From: Nitrospinota bacterium
GTDB taxonomy: Bacteria > Nitrospinota > Nitrospinia > Nitrospinales > VA-1
Length of the DNA: 33,614 nucleotides
Assembly (NCBI GenBank): GCA_038108555.1
Contig: JAYNIA010000008.1
Span: 1 to 33,614 of the forward strand
Direction of reading: 5' to 3'
Shown here: positions 1 through 9,607 of the stretch, piece by piece
How positions within the stretch are numbered: position 1 is the first letter of the stretch
How the letters are laid out: the number at the start of each line of letters is the position of its first letter
The notes under the pieces: model-generated
Seen by the model: only the letters and a program-made list of their open reading frames with translations
Told to the model about the DNA's origin: nothing
Database searches by the model: none
Position numbers and translations under genes: made by a program

Positions 1-1
1 T

Positions 2-253
2 CGGTTTGCATATGGAATGGTTCCAACCAGGGAGCGCCACCATGGTTACGTGCAATTTGAAGGGATCGAAAAAGCATTCAACTTTGCCATCGAAGCAGAA
101 AAAGTAGCTGCCGAGTTTTACCGGATGCTGGGGGATGCCTGCACGGATTTTGAAATCAAGACCCATATCATCCTACTAGAAAAAGCAGAACGGGAACACT
201 GCAACGTGGTAGAAACCCTCAAGACCCGCGTCCTCGAAGGCCTCTCCCACTAA
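2..253 (+). CDS. Ferritin-like/rubrerythrin-family protein, probably 5'-truncated by the window edge
   Basis: The frame is open from position 2 (RFAYG..) into the ORF at 17. AIEAEKVAAEFY...EKAEREH is a ferritin-like helix pair with an ExxH motif. Confidence 0.6.
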   Translation, partial: RFAYGMVPTRERHHGYVQFEGIEKAFNFAIEAEKVAAEFYRMLGDACTDFEIKTHIILLEKAEREHCNVVETLKTRVLEGLSH

Positions 254-306
254 GCGTGGGACTAACTGACTATACTCAAAAAGCAAATTAACCTGCCTTA
301 GAAAAC

Positions 307-346
307 AAAAAAGCCCATCCCCCGCCGATAAATAGAAGAATGGGCT
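307..346 (-). terminator. Intrinsic terminator of the large surface-protein gene
   Basis: On the minus strand AGCCCAUUCUUC pairs with GGGGGAUGGGCU (12 bp including G-U pairs) and is followed by a U-run, just past the stop at 360. Confidence 0.65.
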
Positions 347-359
347 CTAAGGCTACTAA

Positions 360-3300
360 CTAATACAACTCAATCAGGTTTTGAATCCTATCTATCAGGT
401 CATTAGCATCTTCAACAGATATTTTCTTACCACTTTGTGCCTTAATGGAATTTATCAATGCATTAAGAGTATTAATTCCGGCCTTATCATTTTTAGGATT
501 AGAATCACTTAGTGCCTTATCTGCTGAATTTAGTTTGGATTTCAAACTATTTTGAGGCCCTTTAGGTAGATTCAGATCAGCAATATCGTCGCCCAATCCA
601 TCAATGATCTCAGCCGGACTCAAAACAATAATGGTCTGAGTTGCAGTGGCTTCATTACCCGCTTCATCCGTAGCTGTCCAGGTAACAATCGTGGTACCAA
701 TGGGGAATGAAGCAGGCGCATCATTTTCAATCGTAACATTGGCCGTCACAAGATCAGTTGCTGTTGCCTGACCAATGTCTACCATCGTTAAATCACCCGT
801 TGCGTCCACCGTAACATCAGATGGAACCGTCAATACCGGGTCAGTAGTATCTTTAACGATTACCGTTTGGGTTGCTGTTCCAGTATTTCCGGCATTATCC
901 GTAGCTGACCAGGTTACCGTATGGGTGCCTACCGCAAACGGTCCTGTGGGACTGGCGGTCGGCGTGATAGATCCATCCACAATATCTGTAGCCGTTCCTA
1001 CTCCCAAATCAACAGGGGTCAGGTTGGCAGTAGCCTCTTTATTCAGAATATCCGCTGGTGGTGTTACAACAGAAGGAGTGGTGTCAACCACGGTAACCGT
1101 TCGTGTCACCTGTGCGGCCGCATTACCCGCCGCATCTGAGACGTTGTAGGTGATGGTGTAACTGCCTGGAACAACATTATTGATTGGCAAACCACCTGCT
1201 GCAATGCTGGCCGTCAGGTCACCATCAACAATATCCGATGCCCTTGCGCCGTCATCCGTGTATGTATCTCCCGCTTCCAGGGTAACCAAAGCATCACCCA
1301 GTAAGGTTATGATCGGTGCTGTCGTATCTTCTACCGTCACCAACTGCGTTGCCGTAGAAGAATTGTTATACGCATCGGTCGCCGTCCACGTCACTGTTGT
1401 GGTGCCCACCGGGTAAGAGGCAGGCGCATCATTGGTGATCGTTACCGGTCCCACTGCATCTGTTGCTGTTGCCTGACCGATAGCAACTGGCGTCTGCGGA
1501 CCCGTTGCTTCTTCAGTCACTTTGGCAGGGGCGGTGATAACCGGTGCCGTTGTGTCTGTGATCGTAACCGTTTGGGTTGCGGTGCCGGTGTTTCCTGCCG
1601 CATCTGCTGCTGTCCAGGTCACTGTCGTGGACCCGACCGGGAACGTGGCAGGAGCATCGCTTGTAATTGTAACCACTCCGACATTATCCGAAGCCGTTGC
1701 GGTACCAATGGCTACGGTCGTTTGTGGACCGGTGGCTTCAAATGAAACATTAGAAGGAGCCGTTACAACAGGAATTTCGTTATCCACAACTGTCACCGTG
1801 AACGATGCGTCTGCTGTGTTGCCTGCTGCATCTGTCGCGCGGAACGTGTTCGTCGTCGTGCCCAAAGGATACGTCGCACCTGAAGACAGTCCTGCAATCT
1901 GAGTCACCGTTACACCGGGAACATTATCCGTCGCCGTCGGTGCCGTGTAGTTCACAACCGCAGTAGCTAATCCCGCATCCGTATCCGCCGAAATATCTGC
2001 GGAAACCGTAATTACAGGATCTTCGTTATCCACAACCGTGATGTTGAAACTTACGGTTCCAATATTACCTGTGGGATCGGTGGCCTGAAAAGTCACCGTG
2101 GTTGAACCCAAAGGAAACGCAGAACCTGAAGCAGGACCCGCCGTCTGAGTTATTGCAGTTACCGAATCGTTATCGCTGGCGATAGGTGTGGGGAAATTTA
2201 CGACTGCTGTCGCCAAACCAGGATCCGTATTCACAGTAATACCCGGAGGTTGGGTGAAACTGGGCGGAGAACAATCTATAACCGTCACTGTAAACGAACC
2301 AGTTGCTGTGTTGCCTGAAGGATCGGTTGCCGTCCAGGTTATTACATTGGCTCCCATAGGAAATTGCGAACCGGAGGCGAGCCCACCAGTTTGCGCTACT
2401 ATTACTAAACCTGAATTATCTGTAGCCGTTGCATCCGGAAAGGTGACAATTTGATAAGTATCAAAGCCAACGCTACACGCCGGGAAACTCGCTGGAACAG
2501 AAAGGACAGGGGCTTCATTATCCACAACCGTTACCGTCATACTTGCAGTAGCGGTATTTCCGGAAGCATCTTCCGCCTGCCATGTCACTGTCGTAACACC
2601 AATTGGGAAGGCCGAGCCCGATGCCGGACCTCCAGTTTGAGTAACTATAGCCGAACCGGAGTTGTCAGTTGCCGTTGCATCAGCAAAATTAACGACTGCT
2701 GTTGCCTGTCCCGCATCTGTGTTCACAGTGATGTCTGCAGGTGCGGTAATTACAGGAGGTTCGGTATCTGCTGCTTGCCCGACGCGGTCTTTGATCACCC
2801 TGCCCCAGTCGGGGTTAAACAATGAAATATTTTGGGAAATATAATCAGCTAAGACTTGATGACTACTATTACACTTGGAATCCGTTATATATAATCTAAA
2901 AGGAGGCGCATTAGCACTAAATACAATTTTATCCCCATTCGTTGACCATGAAGGATAATTGACATGGCCAAAGCTGGTAACCTTACATAAGGTTCCTTGA
3001 GGATCAGCTAAATCAGCTATATAAATGTTTTCCGTTGGGAATCCCTCTCTAAAAGAAGTTATAGCCAAATTTTTCCCATCATCTGAAGTCTTAGGTTTAA
3101 AATCTGACCCTCCTGATAAAACAGGTGTCTCAATGGATGTATTAATATCAACTTTATAAATACCTGCAGACGATGTAACTCCCTTTGTAAAAAATACTGT
3201 TTCATTATCTGCCCCCCAGGAAGCAAAGCTGTATGGTCCTTTTGGCGTTATGGGGCGAGGATTACCAATACTTGGGTAAACTTGAATGACCATCACCTGA

Positions 3301-5126
3301 TGCTGGTTTGCACCTGACAATCGAATATAAGTCAAACTATTTCCATCAGGAGACCAACTTGGCCATACATCATTTGTAGATTGAGTAATTTGGGTCTCTA
3401 TTCCTGTTTGCAAATCCAAAACCCAAATTTCATGAATTCCATTTTTCACCCTGTTAAAAACAATTTTAGTCCCATCCGGGGATATAATTGGGTATGCATC
3501 AATGCCTGAGGTTAATTGCTCCAAGTCAGTACCGTCAGTGTTCATTAAAACAATACCGTGATTTGAGTGGGCAACAATCTTCTCTTCTAAACTGCTTGTG
3601 GTTACGACCAAATCATCAAAAAAGCTATCAGCACCTCCTCCAGCCCAACCACTGTTGGTATCGATAGAGGACAATCCCAAATTTGCTCTATCAGGGGAAA
3701 ACATAGAAAAATTTTTAAATAAATGTTGGCCATCAACCCAGCCATCAAAACGGCCAGTTTCAGTGTTAGCCTCAATCACAACATGTAGCATTTTAGTTCC
3801 CAATTGAGGCAAATGATAAGATTCATCTCTATTGAAGCCGCGCATCTGAATAAGGCCATTTCTGGTTTTAGCTAAAGCAATTTGGTCATAAATTGGCTGG
3901 CTTTCATCGCCTGGCCCGCGAAAGCGAAAGATATGATTTTTGGATTGAGTCGTAGGAAACCAATTCAGTTCAATCCTTATATTTCCCTTACAGGCTATTG
4001 GAAAATTTTTCTCCGATTCAAAGTCACCATTAACCCTTACACCTCTTTGGCCTGAGTGAATGGCTAATGGGTTTGAAGTTGCCGCAACGGTTGTATGAGG
4101 CTTATTTAAAAGCTTATCCGTCCACCCGGGAATTTCCTGACCATCGGCATAGCCCTCTCCATCTTCACGGAAACATTCTGTAGCATTTGGATCAAAGGAG
4201 TGAACAGACCGAGTATACCCCCCCACCTGTTGACCTCCGATGACATGAACCCTGCCATCTGCAACTGCTGCCGCGCCCTCACCATGGAAAACAGGAATGG
4301 GAGTTTTCTCACTCCATTCGTCTGCAACAGGGTCGTATTCATAAGTGTTGTATGAGACCCCTTGAAAGTTTCCTCCACCTGCAATTATTATTTTTCCATT
4401 TACAACAGCGCTAACATGAGAAACCAGGGGTTTTGGTAAAGGTGTTCCTGTAACCCAGGCATTCGTTTGAGGGTCATAAATCTCAACAGTATCTAACTGG
4501 GTTGTACTTGGGTTATATCTTAAACCACCCATAACATAAATTTTTCCACCCACAGACTCGACTGCATATCCACCCGTTCTGGGTGTAGGGATGGGAGCAT
4601 GTGTGGACCAGCTGTTTGTGGAAATATCATAAGCTTCATTTGCTGCAATTCCTGAATTTGGCCTACAATGAACACAACTTCCCCCAATCGCATAAAATTT
4701 ATTACCTACAAAGGCACCTCGAACACTGGTTCTTGCCGTGGGCATTGACGGAAGGTTTGACCAGGAATTATTTGAAGGGTCGTAGATTTCGCTTATCGAA
4801 AGCGGGCCTCCATGCTGAACTCCACCAAAGCAATAAATTTTTCCATTCTTTGCTCCACAGGCTCTTCCATAGGTGTCTGAATGATGATTTAAAAATTCCC
4901 AGGCATCTGACGCTATGTTGTATCGGTACATAAAACCGTTTGTTGAATGCCCTGCCCCCTGGCCGGCATAGATATAGCCATCAACATGTACCGCAAAATG
5001 CTGAGCCATATTAATGGGAACAGGACTCTTTGGTGTCCAGACACCTCCCGCAAAAGAAACTGCTGTGCTGGCAAAAAGAATAATCAGAGCAAAAATAGAC
5101 AGACGAATAGAGCGGATCGCGTTCAT
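360..5126 (-). CDS. Large secreted/surface protein: signal peptide, Kelch propeller, beta-rich domain, TolB/PD40-like propeller, tandem HYR/Ig-like repeats, short helical C-terminal domain
   Basis: Signal peptide (MNAIRSIRLSIFALIILFASTAVSFA). Kelch motifs (GKIYVMGG..VEIYDP..W). PD40-like motifs (PSWSPDG, ISPDGTKIVF). Repeated DT/NE.P.IT.P..FP.G.T.VTW.ATD..GN HYR units and one DUF5011-like unit (PIITLLGD..Y.ITYNVSD.AGN). Confidence 0.85.
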   Translation of the reverse strand: MNAIRSIRLSIFALIILFASTAVSFAGGVWTPKSPVPINMAQHFAVHVDGYIYAGQGAGHSTNGFMYRYNIASDAWEFLNHHSDTYGRACGAKNGKIYCFGGVQHGGPLSISEIYDPSNNSWSNLPSMPTARTSVRGAFVGNKFYAIGGSCVHCRPNSGIAANEAYDISTNSWSTHAPIPTPRTGGYAVESVGGKIYVMGGLRYNPSTTQLDTVEIYDPQTNAWVTGTPLPKPLVSHVSAVVNGKIIIAGGGNFQGVSYNTYEYDPVADEWSEKTPIPVFHGEGAAAVADGRVHVIGGQQVGGYTRSVHSFDPNATECFREDGEGYADGQEIPGWTDKLLNKPHTTVAATSNPLAIHSGQRGVRVNGDFESEKNFPIACKGNIRIELNWFPTTQSKNHIFRFRGPGDESQPIYDQIALAKTRNGLIQMRGFNRDESYHLPQLGTKMLHVVIEANTETGRFDGWVDGQHLFKNFSMFSPDRANLGLSSIDTNSGWAGGGADSFFDDLVVTTSSLEEKIVAHSNHGIVLMNTDGTDLEQLTSGIDAYPIISPDGTKIVFNRVKNGIHEIWVLDLQTGIETQITQSTNDVWPSWSPDGNSLTYIRLSGANQHQVMVIQVYPSIGNPRPITPKGPYSFASWGADNETVFFTKGVTSSAGIYKVDINTSIETPVLSGGSDFKPKTSDDGKNLAITSFREGFPTENIYIADLADPQGTLCKVTSFGHVNYPSWSTNGDKIVFSANAPPFRLYITDSKCNSSHQVLADYISQNISLFNPDWGRVIKDRVGQAADTEPPVITAPADITVNTDAGQATAVVNFADATATDNSGSAIVTQTGGPASGSAFPIGVTTVTWQAEDASGNTATASMTVTVVDNEAPVLSVPASFPACSVGFDTYQIVTFPDATATDNSGLVIVAQTGGLASGSQFPMGANVITWTATDPSGNTATGSFTVTVIDCSPPSFTQPPGITVNTDPGLATAVVNFPTPIASDNDSVTAITQTAGPASGSAFPLGSTTVTFQATDPTGNIGTVSFNITVVDNEDPVITVSADISADTDAGLATAVVNYTAPTATDNVPGVTVTQIAGLSSGATYPLGTTTNTFRATDAAGNTADASFTVTVVDNEIPVVTAPSNVSFEATGPQTTVAIGTATASDNVGVVTITSDAPATFPVGSTTVTWTAADAAGNTGTATQTVTITDTTAPVITAPAKVTEEATGPQTPVAIGQATATDAVGPVTITNDAPASYPVGTTTVTWTATDAYNNSSTATQLVTVEDTTAPIITLLGDALVTLEAGDTYTDDGARASDIVDGDLTASIAAGGLPINNVVPGSYTITYNVSDAAGNAAAQVTRTVTVVDTTPSVVTPPADILNKEATANLTPVDLGVGTATDIVDGSITPTASPTGPFAVGTHTVTWSATDNAGNTGTATQTVIVKDTTDPVLTVPSDVTVDATGDLTMVDIGQATATDLVTANVTIENDAPASFPIGTTIVTWTATDEAGNEATATQTIIVLSPAEIIDGLGDDIADLNLPKGPQNSLKSKLNSADKALSDSNPKNDKAGINTLNALINSIKAQSGKKISVEDANDLIDRIQNLIELY

Positions 5127-5221
5127 GGTCGATACCTGGAAATTGAATTTGATTTTAGGATGTAAGAATTAGGAATGCCTAAAGGCAAACTACAGGCAAA
5201 GATATTGATTGGCCCTTCCAT
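5123..5221 (-). CDS. Candidate 32-aa leader peptide coupled to the surface-protein gene
   Basis: ATG at 5221 preceded by AAGGGGAG. Reads MEGPINIFACSLPLGIPNSYILKSNSISRYRP*. Its TGA overlaps the large gene's ATG (ATGA). Confidence 0.35.
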   Translation of the reverse strand: MEGPINIFACSLPLGIPNSYILKSNSISRYRP

Positions 5222-5664
5222 TGTTCTCCCCTTTTTAACTTTTAGTGTGGAACAGCGAAACCAGTTACTATCTGGAACTCAGTTTTCAATCGGAAAGCAT
5301 TGGCAAACCAAAATATTCTTCGGCTAGAGGAAAATAACAACTGACATATTGTCAGACAACCCCCGCAAATGGGGGGGGGCAAGGAAGACGTATTACTCCA
5401 ATTTAGGCATATCTAATTGATTTTTATTCCGTAGATTGAAATGCCTTTATTGAAAAAGACCTTGGCATAAAATGAAAAAAATTAACCTATTGTCGTTTAT
5501 TGGCTAATAACCTGCGACGGTTTGCCCACTAATAGCCCTTTGAGGTATGAAGGCAAATGAAAAATACTACACGTGGGATGCAGGGTTAACGAACTTATGT
5601 TGAGGGCTTGACAGTGTTTGTTGGCTTGACAGCAATCGATCCATAGCCAGTGGCGGCCACGCCG

Positions 5665-5955
5665 CTAGTCGAAGTCGAAATCGCGGAGGGGTTTGTCGGA
5701 GGAGCGGTCTACATGTTTGAGGGACTCTTTCAACTTCTCATCGAGAAGTCGGCTGCGTTCTTTCTGGGTTTCGCTGTGTTTTTTGAAAAGGCTTTCCTTT
5801 TCTTTTTGCTGACTATCCAGATCGTTTACCATATCCGAGAGGGAAGGCATGGCTTTCTCTTTCTTTTCCTCCCAAATGACTTCTCCGGTTTTTTTATCGA
5901 CCTGCAATTTGGTTTCACAGCAAGGACAAATCACTTCCAGTTTTTTGGATCCCAT
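5665..5955 (-). CDS. Small hypothetical protein with N-terminal CPCC (Zn-ribbon-like) motif and charged helical C-terminus
   Basis: EVICPCCETKLQVDKKTGEV followed by a K/E-rich helical region; divergent from bioD. Confidence 0.7.
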   Translation of the reverse strand: MGSKKLEVICPCCETKLQVDKKTGEVIWEEKKEKAMPSLSDMVNDLDSQQKEKESLFKKHSETQKERSRLLDEKLKESLKHVDRSSDKPLRDFDFD

Positions 5956-6057
5956 AACCTTTTGACCTGTAGAATTAATAGCTTGCCTCCCTCGTGGAAG
6001 CCGTTAATAATTATATCAGATTTCTTATTTCACTGAAAAATCTCAATTAAAAAAACC

Positions 6058-6756
6058 ATGGGTGGATTCTTTATAACTGGAACGGATACCGACGTAGGAA
6101 AAACAGTAGTGACCGCCTGCCTGGCAACCCTGTTCAAAAATAATGGAATGGATGTCGGGGTGATGAAATCGATAGAAACCGGTGTTGACCCTGAATGCAG
6201 TTCCGCTGCCAATTCCGATGCTAAATTTCTTATGGAAATTTCCGAAACCTCCGATGCCGAAGGGGAGGTTTGCCCTTATCGACTGAAAACACCCGCCTCT
6301 CCCTACCAGGCGGGCCAATTTGCTGGCATTCAGATTCAACCCAATTCGATTTTAGAGAAGTTCAAAATATTACAATCTCGGCATGAAATAATGCTGGTCG
6401 AAGGCGTAGGTGGCCTACTGGTTCCGATAACACACCAATATACTGTTGCCGATCTGGCTTTGGAAACAGGACTGCCCCTCATCATCGTCAGCCGCTTTCA
6501 AATCGGCACATTGAACCATACTTTGTTAACCATCAACGCAGCCAAGCAAAACGGTTTAAATATTAAAGGGGTTGTTTTGAACCATCAGAATTCAGAGGAA
6601 TTAACGGAGGTGGAAGAGCAACAGGGAAAATTGATTGAAGAGCTATCTGGCGTTCCCATTCTCGGGGCCTGCCCCTTCATTGAAGATGTGTCCAAAGAAA
6701 GCCTGCAAGCAAACTTACCCAAAATCGAACAAGCGTTTAAAGGCATGCTTATTTAA
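6058..6756 (+). CDS. bioD: Dethiobiotin synthase
   Basis: FITGTDTDVGKT P-loop, K.IETG, LVEGVGGLLVP and GTLNHTLLT motifs. Confidence 0.95.
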   Translation: MGGFFITGTDTDVGKTVVTACLATLFKNNGMDVGVMKSIETGVDPECSSAANSDAKFLMEISETSDAEGEVCPYRLKTPASPYQAGQFAGIQIQPNSILEKFKILQSRHEIMLVEGVGGLLVPITHQYTVADLALETGLPLIIVSRFQIGTLNHTLLTINAAKQNGLNIKGVVLNHQNSEELTEVEEQQGKLIEELSGVPILGACPFIEDVSKESLQANLPKIEQAFKGMLI

Positions 6757-6777
6757 AAATCCTGTCCTGTTTACAGA

Positions 6778-7494
6778 TTACTTGCCATCATCAGCAGAGG
6801 ATTTAAATTCGTATCCCTTTTCCCGATGCGTGATGATGTATTTAGGCGACTGCGGTTTCTTTTCAAAATATTTTCTCAGGCGAGCCACAAAATTATCAAC
6901 CGTGCGTGTTTCTGTTTGTGGATCGTATCCCCAAACCTTTTCCAAAAGCTCGTCCCGGCTTACAATATTGCCTTTTTGTGAAACCAGTAAGCGCATAAGC
7001 AAGGCTTCTTTTGCTGTCAAATAAAACTCCCCTGAGCAACCCTTGGCCCTGCCGTTTACAAAATTGATCCACATATCTCCAAAATGGAAAATTTCCTGAT
7101 CGTGAACCGGTTCTTTATACCATTCCCATCTTCTCAGAATCCCCTTTACCCTGAGCAACAATTCCGGCAAATGGAAAGGTTTGGTTAAATAATCGTCAGC
7201 ACCCGCTTCCAGACCCAATTCCCTGTCCTCGTCCGAAGATTTCGCTGACAACATTAATATGGGAAACCGCAAATCAGTATTACGCACTCTACGAGCAACC
7301 TCGATTCCGTTTAATTTGGGAAGCATGATATCAAGAATCATTAAATCGAAGGCCTGCTCCCCCAGCAGTTCAATTGCCGATTCTCCATTGTCGACGAGTG
7401 ACACAATATAGCCTTCGCGCTCCAGATTAAACTTCAGCCCTTTTGCGAGATGCAATTCATCTTCTACAACCAGTATTTTTTTTGCTTCACTCAT
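6778..7494 (-). CDS. OmpR/PhoB-family response regulator
   Basis: Receiver domain (ILVVEDE, LDIMLP, GADDYLTKPF) and winged helix (VWGY..ETRTVDNFVARLRK). Confidence 0.95.
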   Translation of the reverse strand: MSEAKKILVVEDELHLAKGLKFNLEREGYIVSLVDNGESAIELLGEQAFDLMILDIMLPKLNGIEVARRVRNTDLRFPILMLSAKSSDEDRELGLEAGADDYLTKPFHLPELLLRVKGILRRWEWYKEPVHDQEIFHFGDMWINFVNGRAKGCSGEFYLTAKEALLMRLLVSQKGNIVSRDELLEKVWGYDPQTETRTVDNFVARLRKYFEKKPQSPKYIITHREKGYEFKSSADDGK

Positions 7495-7521
7495 AAAATT
7501 TAAAAACTCCAGGAGCAGGTA

Positions 7522-8478
7522 TCAAACCGCTAAGCCGCGACTGACAGGTAACGATACAGTAAAAACAGATCCTTTTCCTCTCCCTGGACTCATCACCCGC
7601 AGTTTTCCTTTGTGGTTTCTCACTATTTCACGCGAGATAAACAATCCCAATCCTGCACCTTCTATATTTTGCGTATCCTCATTTTGCACCCGGTAAAACT
7701 TTTTAAAAACCTTATTCAAATCTTTCTTATCAAACCCAAATCCTTTATCCACAAAATCCACATCCCAAAACCTTCCTGTTCTGTGTAGATGGATTTTAAG
7801 TGGAGAACCTGCTGGAGAGTAACGCAGAGCATTACTAATAAGGTTGTTAAAAACCATTTGCAGTCCTTTTTTATCCAGCGTTAGCATCGGGGATGCTTCC
7901 AACTGCAGTTTTACTTCACATTTTCTCTCATCAAACTGCCGTTTGTGATCTTTTACAACCTCTGACAGGAATTGACCCAAATCTACCTTTTGGGTCTGCA
8001 AGTCCATACTCTTCGGATCCGTTTTACTGGATTGCAAAATATTTTCTATCAATCCCGAGAGACGAGCGGTATCTGACAACATCGTCTCGATAAAATCCTT
8101 GCTTTCCTCCTTGGAAACCTCCTGATACTTTAACGTCTCAAGGTATAACTGAATCGATGCCAGGGGAGATTTTAATTCATGCGACACACTGGCAACAAAA
8201 TTACTTTGTAGTTGATTCAATCGGTTTTGTTTATTCCAATAAACAAAAATCACGTAAACCCCGGAAAGAATAAGAAGCATCAGAAAGCAGCCTTCAAACA
8301 AAATCAGCCATTCCACTTCAGCTGTAAATAAATCCGGGCGAAGTTTTTGGGCAAACTCCTTGATGGATAGGTTGGTTTCCAGATACCAGTTAATCCATAC
8401 GGCCATCAGGACAACCCAGGCAATCTGCACCCCAATAAAAACCATGATGGGGTGAAATAATGCTCTCAATTTACCCAC
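7522..8478 (-). CDS. Membrane sensor histidine kinase (2 TM, HisKA + HATPase_c)
   Basis: Two hydrophobic helices, VSHELKSPL H-box, NLISNALRY N-box, DKGFG and GAGLGL G-boxes. Confidence 0.93.
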   Translation of the reverse strand: MGKLRALFHPIMVFIGVQIAWVVLMAVWINWYLETNLSIKEFAQKLRPDLFTAEVEWLILFEGCFLMLLILSGVYVIFVYWNKQNRLNQLQSNFVASVSHELKSPLASIQLYLETLKYQEVSKEESKDFIETMLSDTARLSGLIENILQSSKTDPKSMDLQTQKVDLGQFLSEVVKDHKRQFDERKCEVKLQLEASPMLTLDKKGLQMVFNNLISNALRYSPAGSPLKIHLHRTGRFWDVDFVDKGFGFDKKDLNKVFKKFYRVQNEDTQNIEGAGLGLFISREIVRNHKGKLRVMSPGRGKGSVFTVSLPVSRGLAV

Positions 8479-8584
8479 TTGGAAGCTCCATACTAATTCC
8501 GCAATTTCCCATAATCCCCTTTTTATACCAATGTCTTAGGTTAAAAAAGAAATCCGGGATACCGGCCCGAAATTCAAGGCAATA

Positions 8585-8617
8585 TTACATAAGTTTTACA
8601 AAGGATTTCCCTAAAAT
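8585..8617 (+). promoter_or_regulatory. Candidate OmpR-type tandem box plus -10 element upstream of the desaturase
   Basis: TTACA-N6-TTACA (8585-8589, 8596-8600; 11-bp period) followed by TAAAAT at 8612-8617. Confidence 0.35.
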
Positions 8618-8666
8618 AAGGATACCATAGTGCTTTGATATTAATTAAAATTAAAGAGGTTCCTAA

Positions 8667-9572
8667 ATGACGACTCAATCGGCTCCTGATTATCAGCTTA
8701 AGTTTAATCCTATTGCTCTCACCCATTTTATTGTGATCCACGGGATGGCTTTGTTCGCCTTTTTCCCGTTTGCATTTTCATGGAGTGCTGTTGCCGTCAT
8801 GTTCTTCATGTACTGGTTAACTGCGTCAATAGGAATTTGTCTGGGTTACCATCGGTATTTAACACACCGGGGTTTTACCTTACCCAAATGGCTGGCATAT
8901 TTTGTGGTATTTTGCGGAGCTCTTGCCTGTCAAAATGGTCCTATCAAATGGGTTGGCCAACACCGGATTCATCATGCCGGATCAGATACCGTCAATGATC
9001 CACACAGCGCTGAAAAAGGATTTTGGTGGTCTCATTTTACCTGGATGCTATTTACGCATTCCAAGTTTGATGACTTTAAAGTTTTAAAAGATTACACCAA
9101 AGACTTTAGCAATGATAAATTTTATCAATTTTTGGATAAATACTTCATCATAGTCCAAATTGTATTTGGATTGGCCCTTTATGCCATTGGTGGCTTCCCC
9201 TGGGTTGTATGGGGAATTTTTGTCCGTTTGGTAGTTGCTTACCACTCCACATGGTTTGTAAACAGTGCCGCTCATACCTTTGGCTATGTCACCTTTCCAC
9301 TGAAAAACGATCTTTCCACCAATTGCTGGTGGGTGGGGTTGCTGGCCTGGGGAGAAGGTTGGCACAATAATCATCACGCCTTTCCAAAATCGGCCCGCCA
9401 CGGACTTCGTCCCTGGGAAATCGATATGACCTGGTGGGTTATCTCGTTAATGGAAAAACTAGGGTTGGCCAAAGATATAAAAGTTGCAAAGTTACAGCCT
9501 AATCCGGCCCATGAAGAAAATGAAAGCACGGAACCTGCCTTCATAGGAAAAATTGTAACCCAAACGGCATAA
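8667..9572 (+). CDS. Delta-9 type membrane fatty-acid desaturase (DesC/OLE1-like)
   Basis: Three His boxes (HRYLTH, HRIHH, HNNHH), GEGWHNNHH, NSAAH and TM segments. Confidence 0.93.
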   Translation: MTTQSAPDYQLKFNPIALTHFIVIHGMALFAFFPFAFSWSAVAVMFFMYWLTASIGICLGYHRYLTHRGFTLPKWLAYFVVFCGALACQNGPIKWVGQHRIHHAGSDTVNDPHSAEKGFWWSHFTWMLFTHSKFDDFKVLKDYTKDFSNDKFYQFLDKYFIIVQIVFGLALYAIGGFPWVVWGIFVRLVVAYHSTWFVNSAAHTFGYVTFPLKNDLSTNCWWVGLLAWGEGWHNNHHAFPKSARHGLRPWEIDMTWWVISLMEKLGLAKDIKVAKLQPNPAHEENESTEPAFIGKIVTQTA

Positions 9573-9607
9573 CTCTTTTTAAGTTTAGTTTGTCCCCGGT
9601 TATCCCA

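Noticed and set aside
775..2844. Several plus-strand ORFs antisense to the HYR repeats
   Set aside because: Shadow ORFs caused by Thr/Ala/Val codon bias in the real minus-strand gene.
4660..4680. c-type heme motif in the Kelch region
   Set aside because: The sequence is CVHCR, not CxxCH.
5175..5320. c-di-GMP-I riboswitch suggested by GGCAAAC motifs
   Set aside because: The motifs are on the strand opposite the downstream gene, and the GAAA-loop stem and second stem are not evident.
5654..5666. 13-bp match (CGGCCACGCCGCT) to 30084-30096
   Set aside because: Possibly a repeat remnant, but too short and isolated to support an element.
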